Origin: an uncultured Alphaproteobacteria bacterium
GTDB lineage: Bacteria > Pseudomonadota > Alphaproteobacteria > RF32 > CAG-239
NCBI GenBank assembly: GCA_944391315.1
Contig: CALXTD010000006.1
Span: forward strand, 1 to 61,905
Direction: 5' to 3'
Length of the DNA stretch: 61,905 bases
Shown one piece after another: positions 41,545-51,642 of the stretch. Under the pieces are notes generated by a model, which did not search any database, had not been told where the DNA came from, and was given only the letters and a program-made list of their open reading frames with translations. The number at the start of each line of letters is the position of its first letter. The stretch's first letter is position 1. The position numbers were made by a program, and so were the translations under genes.

Positions 41545-41686
41545 TTTTCAATCTCCTTTATTCTTGTTTGCTCTATTATATTCTTTGCTGCTTAAAATAC
41601 TCTAAATAAAATTTTATCTTCTTGATTTTTGCAAATTGGCGATTACTTCCTTGACTGGCAATATTTTTTTCAAAAGGAGATTTATC

Positions 41687-42184
41687 ATGTCTGAAATGGC
41701 CATTAAAATTTGCGACCTTAACACAAAAGACTTAATCAAAGAGCTTAATGCAGCCTTTGCCGAAGAGTGGCTGGCTTATTATCAATATTGGATTGGTGCG
41801 CAAGTTGCTGCCGGCGCAATGCGTTCAGTTGTCAGCGCCGAATTTGAAGAACACGCCAAAGAAGAGCTTGAACATGCTGAAAAAATAGCAAAACGAATCG
41901 CAGAACTCGGCGGGACGCCCCTTACTCACCCGAATCAGTGGGAAAAAGCGGCAACTTGCAAATACGAAGAACCAAAAGACTCTTGTACAGCAAAGCTTTT
42001 GGAGCAAAATTTGTCAGCTGAACGCTGCGCCATTGTTCGCTATCAAAAAATTTGTGAGATGACGCACGGAAAAGATTTTGTAACTTTTGACCTTGCTCTA
42101 AGTATTTTAAAGGACGAAATTGAGCATGAGCAAGAGATTGACGACCTCATTTGCTCTATTTGGGCTAAATGTGCCAAAAAGTAA
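41687..42184 (+). CDS. DPS-like (DPSL) ferritin-family protein
   Basis: AFAEEWLAYYQY, EELEHA, RIAELGG, Cys pair (ATC..., AERCAI), EIEHE. Confidence 0.82.
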   Translation: MSEMAIKICDLNTKDLIKELNAAFAEEWLAYYQYWIGAQVAAGAMRSVVSAEFEEHAKEELEHAEKIAKRIAELGGTPLTHPNQWEKAATCKYEEPKDSCTAKLLEQNLSAERCAIVRYQKICEMTHGKDFVTFDLALSILKDEIEHEQEIDDLICSIWAKCAKK

Positions 42185-42319
42185 CTTTCATTCTTTAAAT
42201 TTTGTTTATAAAATATTTTTATTATTTTTCAATATATTAGTCCTGCTGCTATTAGAAAAATTAAAAATAGCAGCATTTTTTCTATTGACAAAATTTTTAA
42301 AATATATTATCTTTATGTC

Positions 42320-42492
42320 GAATTTGTTGAACAACTCTAAATAATTCTCAAAAAGCGGGCAACATAGACCTTCCTTCTAAAAGCTCCAAATAAAAAATAT
42401 GGTCTACCGCTTTAAGAGAAAGTCTGCCGTTTCAAACTCAACGGCAGGCTTGCTCACGAGGCCGCATCCCCTAATGTCGGCCTCGTTTTTTT
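42320..42492 (+). ncRNA. Candidate three-hairpin small RNA
   Basis: TTGACA (42285) - 17 bp - TATCTT promoter, three stems, ending in a GC-rich hairpin plus T-tract. Confidence 0.5.
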
Positions 42493-42576
42493 ATCTCTTC
42501 AGAATAATTTCTTGACTTTATTTCTTACAATGCTACAAAAAAGTTAATTGCTAATTATTCTATATATTATACTATT

Positions 42577-43110
42577 ATGAAAAATAAAAAACGTTCTTTT
42601 ATCTCCGATTTAATATTAAAAATTTGGCAGCAGACGCAACAGGAGCTTCTGCCCACCGGGGATAATTTTGTTGATTCCGAAGGAAAATATCCTTTCGAGT
42701 TGTTTTATGATGACGGAAGCCGTTCTTGGAAGCCAGAGCCTCATAAACACCCTTGGGGGGTTATTGTCAATTCTGTTGCAATTAGGCTTCGCGCTGCTCC
42801 TAAACGGTTTAATTGGGATGACGCTCAGGATTATTGCAGCAAAATTTGCATCAACGGCAGAGTTGCTTCTTGTGGCAGTTTGACCTCGTGGAAAAAAATT
42901 GCAGAACTTTCACCTGATGAGTTTTTAAAATTAAATCATTTTTTGGTATTTTTAAAAGGTGACTGGTTAGACAAGTCTCCTTTATGGACAACTTCATCAG
43001 AAAGCTTTTTTCGCGCTTATGCCATGAAGCTCGGAGAAAACTCATCAACTCTGGACCAAAGCAAAACTTTTGGCATTAATGAAACAAGACCTGTTATTGA
43101 AGGTATTTGA
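42577..43110 (+). CDS. Hypothetical protein, CLec/DUF1566-like; paralogue of 55521..55952
   Basis: Shares YPFE..Y.DG.RS, WGV, AQ.YC, CG...W, LN.F...L.G, WT and RP[VI] with the paralogue. Confidence 0.6.
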   Translation: MKNKKRSFISDLILKIWQQTQQELLPTGDNFVDSEGKYPFELFYDDGSRSWKPEPHKHPWGVIVNSVAIRLRAAPKRFNWDDAQDYCSKICINGRVASCGSLTSWKKIAELSPDEFLKLNHFLVFLKGDWLDKSPLWTTSSESFFRAYAMKLGENSSTLDQSKTFGINETRPVIEGI

Positions 43111-43169
43111 AAAACAAAAAAAACTCAGCTCCCAAAGGAACTGAGTTTTTTTGTTATTTAGCACAGAGA

Positions 43170-44219
43170 TTAAATTTCTCCGGCAGCATAGCGTTTGGCC
43201 ATTTCAGACATCGGAATAACCTTAATCTTATCAGCGTGACCAGCTGCACCAAAGGCAATATAGCGAGCTTCGCAAACTTTCTGCATTTCTTCAATTGCAG
43301 GTTTGAGATATTTTCTCGGATCAAACTCTTTCGGGTTCTCGGCAAATATCTTGCGAATCGCTCCGGTAATAGCCATACGACAGTCGGTATCTACGTTAAC
43401 CTTGCGAACACCGGACTTAATACCGCGAACAATTTCTTCAACCGGAACGCCAAAGGTTTGAGGAATGGCGCCACCATAGGCGTTAATTAAATCTTGCAGT
43501 TCTTGCGGAACAGAAGAAGAGCCATGCATAACCATGTGAGTGTTCGGCAGTTTTTTGTGAATTTTTTCAATAACATCAATAGCCAAGATATCACCATCCG
43601 GTTTTCTGGTGAACTTATAAGCACCATGAGATGTTCCGACAGCAACTGCCAAAGCATCAAGATGGGTTTCTGCTACAAATTTAGCAGCTTCATCAGGATC
43701 TGTTACCAAGCGTTTTTTATCAATTACGCCTTCTGCACCATGGCCGTCTTCTTTATCGCCTTTTCCGGTTTCTAAAGAACCGATAACACCCAGCTCACCT
43801 TCAACTGAAGCACCGACAGCATGTGCACGAGCAACAACTTCTTTGGTTACTTTTACATTATATTCAAAAGAAGACGGTGTTTTGCCATCAGCTTCCAATG
43901 AACCATCCATCATAACAGAAGAATAACCGTTTACGATAGCAGACTGGCAGATATCTACTGAAGAACCGTGATCTTGGTGAATACAAATCGGCAATTCCGG
44001 AAACATTTCTATTCCGGCCTGAACCATGTGACGAATCATCGGATCACCGGCGAATTTGCGCGCACCGGTTGAAGTTTGAAGAATAACCGGAGCATTAACT
44101 TTTTTTGCAGCCTGCAAAACTGCAATAACTTGTTCCATATCATTAATGTTAAAAGCAGGAACACCGTAGTTGTTTTCTGCTGCATGGTCAAGAATTTGAC
44201 GCATTGTTACTAAAGGCAT
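43170..44219 (-). CDS. fba: Class II fructose-bisphosphate aldolase
   Basis: HQDHG, SSVMMDGS, VEGELG, GTSHGAYKF, MHGSSSVP, FDPRKYL. Confidence 0.95.
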   Translation of the reverse strand: MPLVTMRQILDHAAENNYGVPAFNINDMEQVIAVLQAAKKVNAPVILQTSTGARKFAGDPMIRHMVQAGIEMFPELPICIHQDHGSSVDICQSAIVNGYSSVMMDGSLEADGKTPSSFEYNVKVTKEVVARAHAVGASVEGELGVIGSLETGKGDKEDGHGAEGVIDKKRLVTDPDEAAKFVAETHLDALAVAVGTSHGAYKFTRKPDGDILAIDVIEKIHKKLPNTHMVMHGSSSVPQELQDLINAYGGAIPQTFGVPVEEIVRGIKSGVRKVNVDTDCRMAITGAIRKIFAENPKEFDPRKYLKPAIEEMQKVCEARYIAFGAAGHADKIKVIPMSEMAKRYAAGEI

Positions 44220-44358
44220 ATATTATCTCCTTAAATCAATTATTTTCTATTTGCGAATATAGCCCCTACTCTTTTTTTTGCAAGCTTTTTTTATTTTTAT
44301 CCGACGAAAGCGGCTTTATTTTATCAAATTTTAATCTTTTTAAATTATGATTTTTTGC

Positions 44359-45654
44359 ATGAGTAGATTATCAGAACTTTTTAAGCCGATTAAGGCTGTT
44401 ATTTCCCCTTTATCCGCCTTTTTTGCCGGAACGCTATTAACCTGTGCCGGTTATGCCTTGCTGACTTCTTATTTGTCATTAAAAATGAACAAGTTCGGCG
44501 TGTCGACATCGCAAATCGGCATTATCTTATCTATGTATTATATCGGTTATATTTTGGCGGCGCTGACAGCTTCAAAAATCATCAACAAAGTCGGACACAT
44601 TCGCTCGTTTTCAACCTTTATATCTTTATTCTCGGCTTTAGTGTTAGCTCATATATTTTCACAATCACCAATGTTATGGGGCGGGCTTCGCTTTTTTGAA
44701 GGATATTGTATCGGGGCGGCAATGATGTGTCTTGAAAGCTGGCTTAATGCGCGCGCAAACAATAAAAATCGCGGGCTAGTGATGTCTCTTTATATGGTTA
44801 CGACTTATATGGGCTCCGGTCTGGGGCAGCTTTTGCTTAATATTCCGGACACCAACGGCGTGTTGATTTTGGCTTTGGTTTCTATTATTTTTTCTTTGGC
44901 GCTTATCCCCATTTCGCTCACGGCGCTTCCTATGCCGGACATTTCCGTGCAAAAAAGCATGAATCTTTTGGCTTTATATAAAATTTCTCCGGTCGGTGTG
45001 GTCGGTTGCTTTTGCAGCGGAATTTTTGTCGGCGCATTTTATACCCTCGGAACAATTTATGCCGTTCGCAGCGGACTGACTTTGCACCAAACGTCACTCT
45101 TTATGTTTGCCGGTATTCTCGGCGGAATGTGTGCACAAATTCCGGTCGGAAAATTGTCTGACTTGATTGATAGACGGTTTGTTATTCTTTGGGCCAATGT
45201 CTTGATGTTTTTCGTCGCACCTTGGGTTCATGTGTTTATTGATAACGGAACTTTTGCTTTGACCTCTGCTGCTTTTGTTCTTGGCAGTTGCACTTTTATT
45301 ATTTATCCGATTTGTGTTTCTCACGTTAATGATCTGATTCAAAATGAAGACCGTGTTCCGGCCAGCGGATTGCTTATCATGCTTCAAAGTCTAGGTATGG
45401 TTATCGGCCCAATTATTATTTCCGTTATCATGCAGCTCTTTGGGGCTTTATCTTTCTTGATTTGTCTTTCCGTCGCGGCGGCCGGATTTGTTATTTTCGC
45501 CTTCAAGCATATTGCTTTCCGCGATATTAAATACATCAAGGTTACGCCGACAGCACCGCAACCAACTGCTCCGACACCAGTCTTTCCTACACTGGCTGAA
45601 CATGACAGCGTTGTCGATAAAACCAAAAACTTTTTAGCTGATAAAAAACATTAA
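44359..45654 (+). CDS. MFS transporter
   Basis: About 12 TMs, VGHIR.F, ESWLN, GKLSDLIDRR. Confidence 0.88.
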   Translation: MSRLSELFKPIKAVISPLSAFFAGTLLTCAGYALLTSYLSLKMNKFGVSTSQIGIILSMYYIGYILAALTASKIINKVGHIRSFSTFISLFSALVLAHIFSQSPMLWGGLRFFEGYCIGAAMMCLESWLNARANNKNRGLVMSLYMVTTYMGSGLGQLLLNIPDTNGVLILALVSIIFSLALIPISLTALPMPDISVQKSMNLLALYKISPVGVVGCFCSGIFVGAFYTLGTIYAVRSGLTLHQTSLFMFAGILGGMCAQIPVGKLSDLIDRRFVILWANVLMFFVAPWVHVFIDNGTFALTSAAFVLGSCTFIIYPICVSHVNDLIQNEDRVPASGLLIMLQSLGMVIGPIIISVIMQLFGALSFLICLSVAAAGFVIFAFKHIAFRDIKYIKVTPTAPQPTAPTPVFPTLAEHDSVVDKTKNFLADKKH

Positions 45655-45674
45655 AAAAAACAACGTCCGTTGTT

Positions 45675-46174
45675 TTTTTACTTAGCGAGCCCTCGATACC
45701 CCTTGGCGCTCCTCTAATAAAACCGCTTCCGCGGTTTTCTAACTGGAGCGGGCAACGGGAATGCGCGATTACATCGCTCGTCACAGCGGCATCTAAACTC
45801 GCTGCGGGCGCTACCTCGCCCTTCCTCGTTAAGATGTTGCGCTGCTCTTGCAGATAAAAAGGCAAAAAACTTTGCCTTTTTACTTAGCGTGCCCTCGATT
45901 CCCCTTGGCGCTCCACTAATAAAACCGCTTCCACGGTTTTCTAACTGGAGCGGGCAACGGGAATGCGCGATTACATCGCTCGATACAGCGGCATCTAAAC
46001 TCGCTGCGGGCGCTACCTCGCCCTTCCTCGTTAAGATGTTGCGCTGCTCTTGCAGATAAAAAGGCAAAAAACTTTGCCTTTTTACTTAGCGAGCCCTCTC
46101 GGGTTCGATTCCCCTTGGCGCTCCACTAATAAAACCGCTTCCACGGTTTTCTAACTGGAGCGGGCAACGGGAAT
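45675..46174. repeat. Tandem ~202-bp repeats downstream of tRNA-Gly, each carrying the tRNA 3'-terminal 19 nt
   Basis: tggagcgggcaacgggaat at 45744, 45946 and 46156 (the tRNA itself), with near-identical intervening sequence. Confidence 0.92.
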
Positions 46175-46229
46175 CGAACCCGCATTTTAAGCTTGGGAAG
46201 CTCACATTCTACCATTGAATTATGCCCGC
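46156..46229 (-). tRNA. tRNA-Gly(CCC)
   Basis: Reverse complement GCGGGCATAATTCAATGGTAGAATGTGAGCTTCCCAAGCTTAAAATGCGGGTTCGATTCCCGTTGCCCGCTCCA. Confidence 0.93.
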
Positions 46230-46265
46230 TTTATTTTTTCTTCGCTTAATCTATATCAAAAAATT

Positions 46266-46607
46266 TTAATAATCAACCTCTAAAAACCGGTTATACAATT
46301 TGCATGGATGTCTGTCACAATCATCTCTGATATAGCTTCTTAAAATCGCATAGGCCTTTCTTTCGGCGCCACCTTTGATTTCATCATCCGACACCCAAGT
46401 CTTATCCATACAATAACCGGCAACTTCCCATGCTTGTCTTTTTGTATCTCCCGTCATTAAAGCGCCGCTCTTTGACAACTTCTCCGCCTCAATCTCTACA
46501 CATTGTGTATATTGTTCCTCCGGCGATAAAGTCAAGTCTATGCGCGACGGCAATTTGCAACTGCAAGCAATCAAACTCAGTCCGATTATTAAAATTTTAG
46601 TTTTCAT
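46266..46607 (-). CDS. Hypothetical lipoprotein
   Basis: MKTK-hydrophobic-IACSC lipobox-like N-terminus, RBS ggag. Confidence 0.6.
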   Translation of the reverse strand: MKTKILIIGLSLIACSCKLPSRIDLTLSPEEQYTQCVEIEAEKLSKSGALMTGDTKRQAWEVAGYCMDKTWVSDDEIKGGAERKAYAILRSYIRDDCDRHPCKLYNRFLEVDY

Positions 46608-46709
46608 CTCCCTACTCCGCTTTTCATTCTACTTAATCAAAACTTTCTCCGCAACTGTTTTTTATAAAAAAAATCCCGAAAGAAGCCTAAGCCGCTTTCG
46701 GGAAATAAT

Positions 46710-46907
46710 TTACTGTTTAAATTTACGGTAAAGGCCATAGCTTATACCGCAAAAGACAATTGAGATAAACAAATTTATCGTTTTTAGCGTTATGTTGCTT
46801 GGTGACACCCAAAGGCAAGCACAAACAAAATAAATGATAAACAAAATGTTTATTATCAGCCAGATGGCTGAAAACCTTACGGTTCGTTTCTGTTTTTTCT
46901 CGTTCAT
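46710..46907 (-). CDS. Small two-TM hypothetical protein
   Basis: Two hydrophobic helices; 5 bp downstream of the 46913 ORF stop. Confidence 0.5.
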   Translation of the reverse strand: MNEKKQKRTVRFSAIWLIINILFIIYFVCACLWVSPSNITLKTINLFISIVFCGISYGLYRKFKQ

Positions 46908-46912
46908 AAGTC

Positions 46913-47728
46913 TTAGCGTTTCATTCCGACATAAACTTGCATACTAGAGACAACCAAGATGATGGAAATTATCAGATTAAAAATCCCAATTCCGGGGAAA
47001 GCCGAAAAAACCATCATACTGTTTACCAACAAGAAAATCAAACACAATAGCTGAACAAACATCCACATCATTTTAGTGTTTGAGGGCTGACATGTCATCT
47101 TTAATGCACGATCATCACGATGTTCCGAATCGATTAATATCGTGACAATTTTTATCTTTTCCAACGGCTTCAAACATTCATGATGCTCCCAAAGCCACTT
47201 GCTGTAAGGGGCAAAGCCATATTTTGGACTTTTACGTAGATGTTTGACCATCAGAGCTGTGAATATTCGCATCATTTGGTATTTTCTTATTCCTGCCGGC
47301 GGGCAATCCAAACACAAATCTATCAGATATTTAATGCGTGGAATATTTTGTCCCATCGTTGCCAGCAGGCCATAGGTAAACCAAAACAGCTTGACTTCCA
47401 GCTTTTTAGATTGGATAAAAGGCACAAGATCATTCCGATTTCCGGAAAAATAAACAAAGCCCCTCACATCTTTTTCTTGTCGCAGGAAGAAATCCCATAT
47501 AGCCTTCATTTCGCAACTTCTCTCCAAATAAAGAGGATTATGCGACAAAACATCAAGAGAAACTCGCCGACATGACGCATTGTTCAACTCGGCAAAAAAG
47601 GCTTTCAGCATACTTTCCACTGATTGTTTTATGGCTTCAACCATTTCGGCTTCGACATCGAGAGAATTTGTCTGCATTACTCTTTCTTCATAATATTCTT
47701 TCATAATGATATAATTTAAGTGTGACAT
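46913..47728 (-). CDS. Hypothetical protein with two C-terminal TMs
   Basis: 271-aa ORF with no recognised motif. Confidence 0.5.
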   Translation of the reverse strand: MSHLNYIIMKEYYEERVMQTNSLDVEAEMVEAIKQSVESMLKAFFAELNNASCRRVSLDVLSHNPLYLERSCEMKAIWDFFLRQEKDVRGFVYFSGNRNDLVPFIQSKKLEVKLFWFTYGLLATMGQNIPRIKYLIDLCLDCPPAGIRKYQMMRIFTALMVKHLRKSPKYGFAPYSKWLWEHHECLKPLEKIKIVTILIDSEHRDDRALKMTCQPSNTKMMWMFVQLLCLIFLLVNSMMVFSAFPGIGIFNLIISIILVVSSMQVYVGMKR

Positions 47729-47952
47729 AATAGTTTTAAAATCTGGTTCACCATACCATCTTAGACAAAAAAGTCAACACCTTTCTTGTTTGTCCAGCTT
47801 TTTTTGTGGTTCTTCATGCTTTTTTTGATGGATTTTTGAATTTTTTAATGCTATAAAACGCGCATAGAGAATCTATGGCTCTATGTGATAAGTATGCCTT
47901 TATACTTGTTAAATAAGCTTTTTATTAACTTAAATTAAGGAAATACAATAAT

Positions 47953-50900
47953 ATGTCTGATGTTAAGATGAAAATGATGGATGGTAACGAAGCTGCTGCT
48001 TCCGTTGCTCACCGCATGAATGAAGTCTGCGTCATCTACCCGATTACTCCGTCTTCTCCGATGGGTGAATGGGCTGATGCGTGGTCTGCTGCTAATCAGA
48101 AAAACCTTTGGGGCGTTGTTCCTGAAGTTCAGGAAATGCAGTCCGAAGCCGGTGCTGCCGGTGCTTGCCACGGTGCGCTTCAAGCTGGTTCTTTAACAAC
48201 CACCTTTACGGCTTCTCAAGGTTTGCTCTTGATGATCCCGAACATGTATAAAATTGCCGGCGAGCTTTGCCCGTTTGTTATGCATGTTGCTGCTCGTTCT
48301 TTGGCTTATCATGCCTTATCAATCTTTGGCGACCACTCTGATGTGATGTCTTGCCGTCAGACAGGTTTTGCTATGCTTTGCTCAAACTCTGTTCAAGAAG
48401 TTCATGACTTTGCCGCTATCGCTCAGTCTTCTACTTTGCGTTCTCGCGTGCCGTTCATGCATTTCTTTGATGGTTTCCGTACTTCTCACGAAATTAAGAA
48501 AATTAAGCTCCTCTCCGATGATGATTTGAGAGCCATGCTTGAAGGTATTGATACAAACATCAACTCTAAACACGCTCTGCGCCCGGAAGCTCCGGTTATT
48601 CGCGGTACCGCTCAGAACCCAGACGTTTTCTTCCAAGGTCGTGAAGCATCTAATAAATATTATGACGCTGTTGAAGGCATTGTTCAGGAAGAAATGGACA
48701 AGTTTGCTAAGATATCCGGTCGTCAATATAATGTTGTTGACTATGTTGGCCCGAAAGATGCTGAACAAGTTATCGTTATTATGGGTTCCGGCGCTGAAAC
48801 AGTTGAAGAAACCATCAACTATCTCAACAACAACGGTTATAAAGTCGGTTTGGTTAAAGTTCACCTGTATCGTCCGTTCCCGACAAAGTCTTTCCTCAAA
48901 GCTTTGCCTGAAAGCGTTAAGGTTGTTAACGTTCTTGACCGCACTAAAGAATCCGGTTCTATCGGTGAACCGCTTTATCTTGATGTGGTTGCTACCTTGA
49001 CTCAAGCTTTTGCTAACGGCGAAATCAAAGCTATGCCGAAAATCTTGGGCGGCCGTTATGGCTTGTCTTCTAAAGAATTTACTCCGGGAATGGTTAAAGC
49101 TGTTTATGATAACGGCGCTGCCGCTAAGTCTATCAACGGCTTCTCGGTCGGTATTGAAGATGATGTTACTCACAAATCTTTGGCCTTCAATGACGATATT
49201 GACACCGAAGGCAAAGATGTTGTTCGTGCCGTCTTCTTCGGTCTTGGGGCTGATGGTACCGTCGGTGCTAACAAAAACTCAATTAAAATTATTGCCGAAG
49301 ATGCCGGAAAATATGGTCAGGGTTATTTCGTTTATGACTCTCGTAAGTCCGGCTCTATGACAACTTCTCACCTGCGTTTCTCAGATAATCCGATTAAAGC
49401 GGCTTATCTGATTAACAAGGCTGACTTTGTTGCTTGCCACCAGTTCCCGTTCATGTCTAAAGTTGATATTTTGAAAATCGCTAAACCGGGAGCTACCTTC
49501 CTTTTGAACGCTCCTTATGACGGACAGGAAGTTTGGAACCACCTGCCGAAGGAAGTTCAACAGGTTATTATTGACAAGAAGATTAACTTCTATGCCATTA
49601 ACGCTATTGATGTTGCTCGTAAGACCGGTATGGGTCAACGCATTAACACCATCATGCAGACCTGCTTCTTTGCAATTTCTAACATCTTGCCGAAAGATGA
49701 AGCTATTGCTCAGATTAAAAACGCTATTAAGAAAACATATAGCAAGAAGGGCGACGCAATTGTTCAAAAGAACTTTGAAGCCGTTGATGCTACGCTTGAA
49801 CATTTGGTTAAAATCAATGTTCCGGCAACGGCTGATTCTAACTTGCATATGTTGCCGCCGGTTCCGGCTAATGCTCCTGAATTCGTTAAGAAGTTGACCG
49901 CAGAGTTGATTGCCGACCGTGGTAATGAGCTTCCGGTTTCTGCTTTTGACGACGTTGTTGACGGCACATGGCCGACTGCTACAACCCAATACGAAAAACG
50001 TTGCATTGCAACCGAAATTCCGGTTTGGGATCCTGACACTTGTATTCAATGCGGTAAGTGCTCTATCGTTTGCCCGCATGGTGTTATCCGTATGAAAGTT
50101 GCTTCGGAAGAAGAACTCAAGAATGCACCGAAAGGCTTTAAGTCTGCCGCTTATAAGGGTAAGGAATTTGCCGGTAAACAGTTTATTTGGCAGATGTCTC
50201 CGGAAGACTGCACAGGCTGCGGCATCTGCGTCAGCGCTTGCCCGGCTAAGAACAAGGCTGATCCGGCTCGCAAAGCCATTAACATGGATCACATCGAAAA
50301 TCATTTGGAAGAACAGAAGGCTTGCTGGGACTTCTTTGAAACCCTGCCTTATGTAAAACGTACGGAAGTTGCTAAGAACTTGCCGAAGACAACCCAGATG
50401 ATTCAGCCGTTGTTTGAATTCTCCGGTGCTTGTGCCGGCTGCGGTGAAACACCTTATATCAAGTTGTTGACCCAGCTCTTTGGTGACCGTATGGTTGTTG
50501 CCAATGCTACCGGATGTTCTTCAATCTACTCCGGCAACCTGCCGACCACGCCTTATGCTAAAGATGAAAAAGGTCATGGTCCGGCTTGGGCTAACTCTTT
50601 GTTTGAAGACAATGCAGAGTTTGGTTTGGGTATGAGATTTTCAATCGACCAGCAACACAATGTTGCCATGAGCCTGTTGAACAGCCTCAAGGACAAGATT
50701 GGTGCCGAATTGGTTGAAAAGATTGTTTCTAACCCGCAATCTAACGATGTTGAAATTGATGCTCAGCGCGACAATGTTAAGGCTCTTCGTGCTAAACTCG
50801 CTTCTATCAACGATGCTGAAGCTAAGCACTTAGACAGCGTTGCCGACTACCTGATTAAAAAATCCGTATGGATTATCGGTGGTGACGGTTGGGCTTATGA

Positions 50901-51513
50901 TATCGGCTTCGGCGGCTTAGACCACGCTATTGCTTCCGGTAAGAACATCAATATCTTGGTTATTGATACAGGTGTTTACTCTAATACCGGTGGTCAGCAG
51001 TCTAAGGCTACGCCGATGGGTGCTTCTGCTAAATTTGCAACAGCAGGTAAAGAGCTTCCGAAGAAGGATTTGGCTATGATTGCCATGTCTTATGGTAATG
51101 TTTATGTGGCTCAGGTTTCTATGGGTGCTAATGACTCTCAAGTTATCAAAGCCATGAATGAAGCTGAAGCTTTTGATGGTCCGTCAATCATCATTGCATA
51201 CTCTCACTGTATTGCTCAAGGCTTTAACCTTGCTGATGGTTTGGAACACCAGAAGATGGCTGTTGAAACTGGAAGCTGGCCGTTGTACCGCTATAATCCG
51301 GACAACATCAAAGCCGGTAAAGCTCCGTTGACTTTGGATTCAAAGGCTCCGTCTCGTCCTTTGTCTGACTATATGTCTAACGAAGTTCGTTTCCAGATTG
51401 TCAATAAGATGAATCCGGAACGCTATGAGACTTTGATGAACAAGTCTGAGGAAAACCTTAAGAACAAACGCGATTTGCTTGAGCATATGGCTGAGTTCAA
51501 AGGTCAGGAATAA
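47953..51513 (+). CDS. nifJ: Pyruvate:ferredoxin (flavodoxin) oxidoreductase
   Basis: YPITPS, EMQSE.GAAG, two CxxCxxC...CP ferredoxin motifs, GAC.GCGE, GGDGWAYDIG. Confidence 0.97.
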   Translation: MSDVKMKMMDGNEAAASVAHRMNEVCVIYPITPSSPMGEWADAWSAANQKNLWGVVPEVQEMQSEAGAAGACHGALQAGSLTTTFTASQGLLLMIPNMYKIAGELCPFVMHVAARSLAYHALSIFGDHSDVMSCRQTGFAMLCSNSVQEVHDFAAIAQSSTLRSRVPFMHFFDGFRTSHEIKKIKLLSDDDLRAMLEGIDTNINSKHALRPEAPVIRGTAQNPDVFFQGREASNKYYDAVEGIVQEEMDKFAKISGRQYNVVDYVGPKDAEQVIVIMGSGAETVEETINYLNNNGYKVGLVKVHLYRPFPTKSFLKALPESVKVVNVLDRTKESGSIGEPLYLDVVATLTQAFANGEIKAMPKILGGRYGLSSKEFTPGMVKAVYDNGAAAKSINGFSVGIEDDVTHKSLAFNDDIDTEGKDVVRAVFFGLGADGTVGANKNSIKIIAEDAGKYGQGYFVYDSRKSGSMTTSHLRFSDNPIKAAYLINKADFVACHQFPFMSKVDILKIAKPGATFLLNAPYDGQEVWNHLPKEVQQVIIDKKINFYAINAIDVARKTGMGQRINTIMQTCFFAISNILPKDEAIAQIKNAIKKTYSKKGDAIVQKNFEAVDATLEHLVKINVPATADSNLHMLPPVPANAPEFVKKLTAELIADRGNELPVSAFDDVVDGTWPTATTQYEKRCIATEIPVWDPDTCIQCGKCSIVCPHGVIRMKVASEEELKNAPKGFKSAAYKGKEFAGKQFIWQMSPEDCTGCGICVSACPAKNKADPARKAINMDHIENHLEEQKACWDFFETLPYVKRTEVAKNLPKTTQMIQPLFEFSGACAGCGETPYIKLLTQLFGDRMVVANATGCSSIYSGNLPTTPYAKDEKGHGPAWANSLFEDNAEFGLGMRFSIDQQHNVAMSLLNSLKDKIGAELVEKIVSNPQSNDVEIDAQRDNVKALRAKLASINDAEAKHLDSVADYLIKKSVWIIGGDGWAYDIGFGGLDHAIASGKNINILVIDTGVYSNTGGQQSKATPMGASAKFATAGKELPKKDLAMIAMSYGNVYVAQVSMGANDSQVIKAMNEAEAFDGPSIIIAYSHCIAQGFNLADGLEHQKMAVETGSWPLYRYNPDNIKAGKAPLTLDSKAPSRPLSDYMSNEVRFQIVNKMNPERYETLMNKSEENLKNKRDLLEHMAEFKGQE

Positions 51514-51531
51514 TTTATAATCCTGCTTAAC

Positions 51532-51566
51532 AAAAAGCTCTTGATGTAAAATCAAGAGCTTTTTTT
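51532..51566 (+). terminator. Intrinsic terminator after nifJ
   Basis: aaaaagctcttgat-gtaaa-atcaagagcttttttt. Confidence 0.85.
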
Positions 51567-51642
51567 GTGACATAACAATAAAACACTTCAAAACATCTTT
51601 ATTGAATTTTATGGATGTGGGGGCATTATTCAGCCGGATACG

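Noticed and set aside
45587-46067. Two near-identical minus-strand ORFs (MPFYLQEQRN...)
   Set aside because: They are translations of the tRNA-linked tandem repeat, start at TTG inside a terminator-like hairpin and overlap tRNA-derived sequence.
45675-46174. Possible CRISPR array or prophage att sites
   Set aside because: Units are ~200 bp and near-identical throughout with no unique spacers; no cas genes or integrase are in the window.
48382-50304. Long antisense ORFs inside nifJ (similar ones inside secA and the MscS gene)
   Set aside because: These are shadow frames produced by codon bias of the real genes; they have no recognisable motifs.
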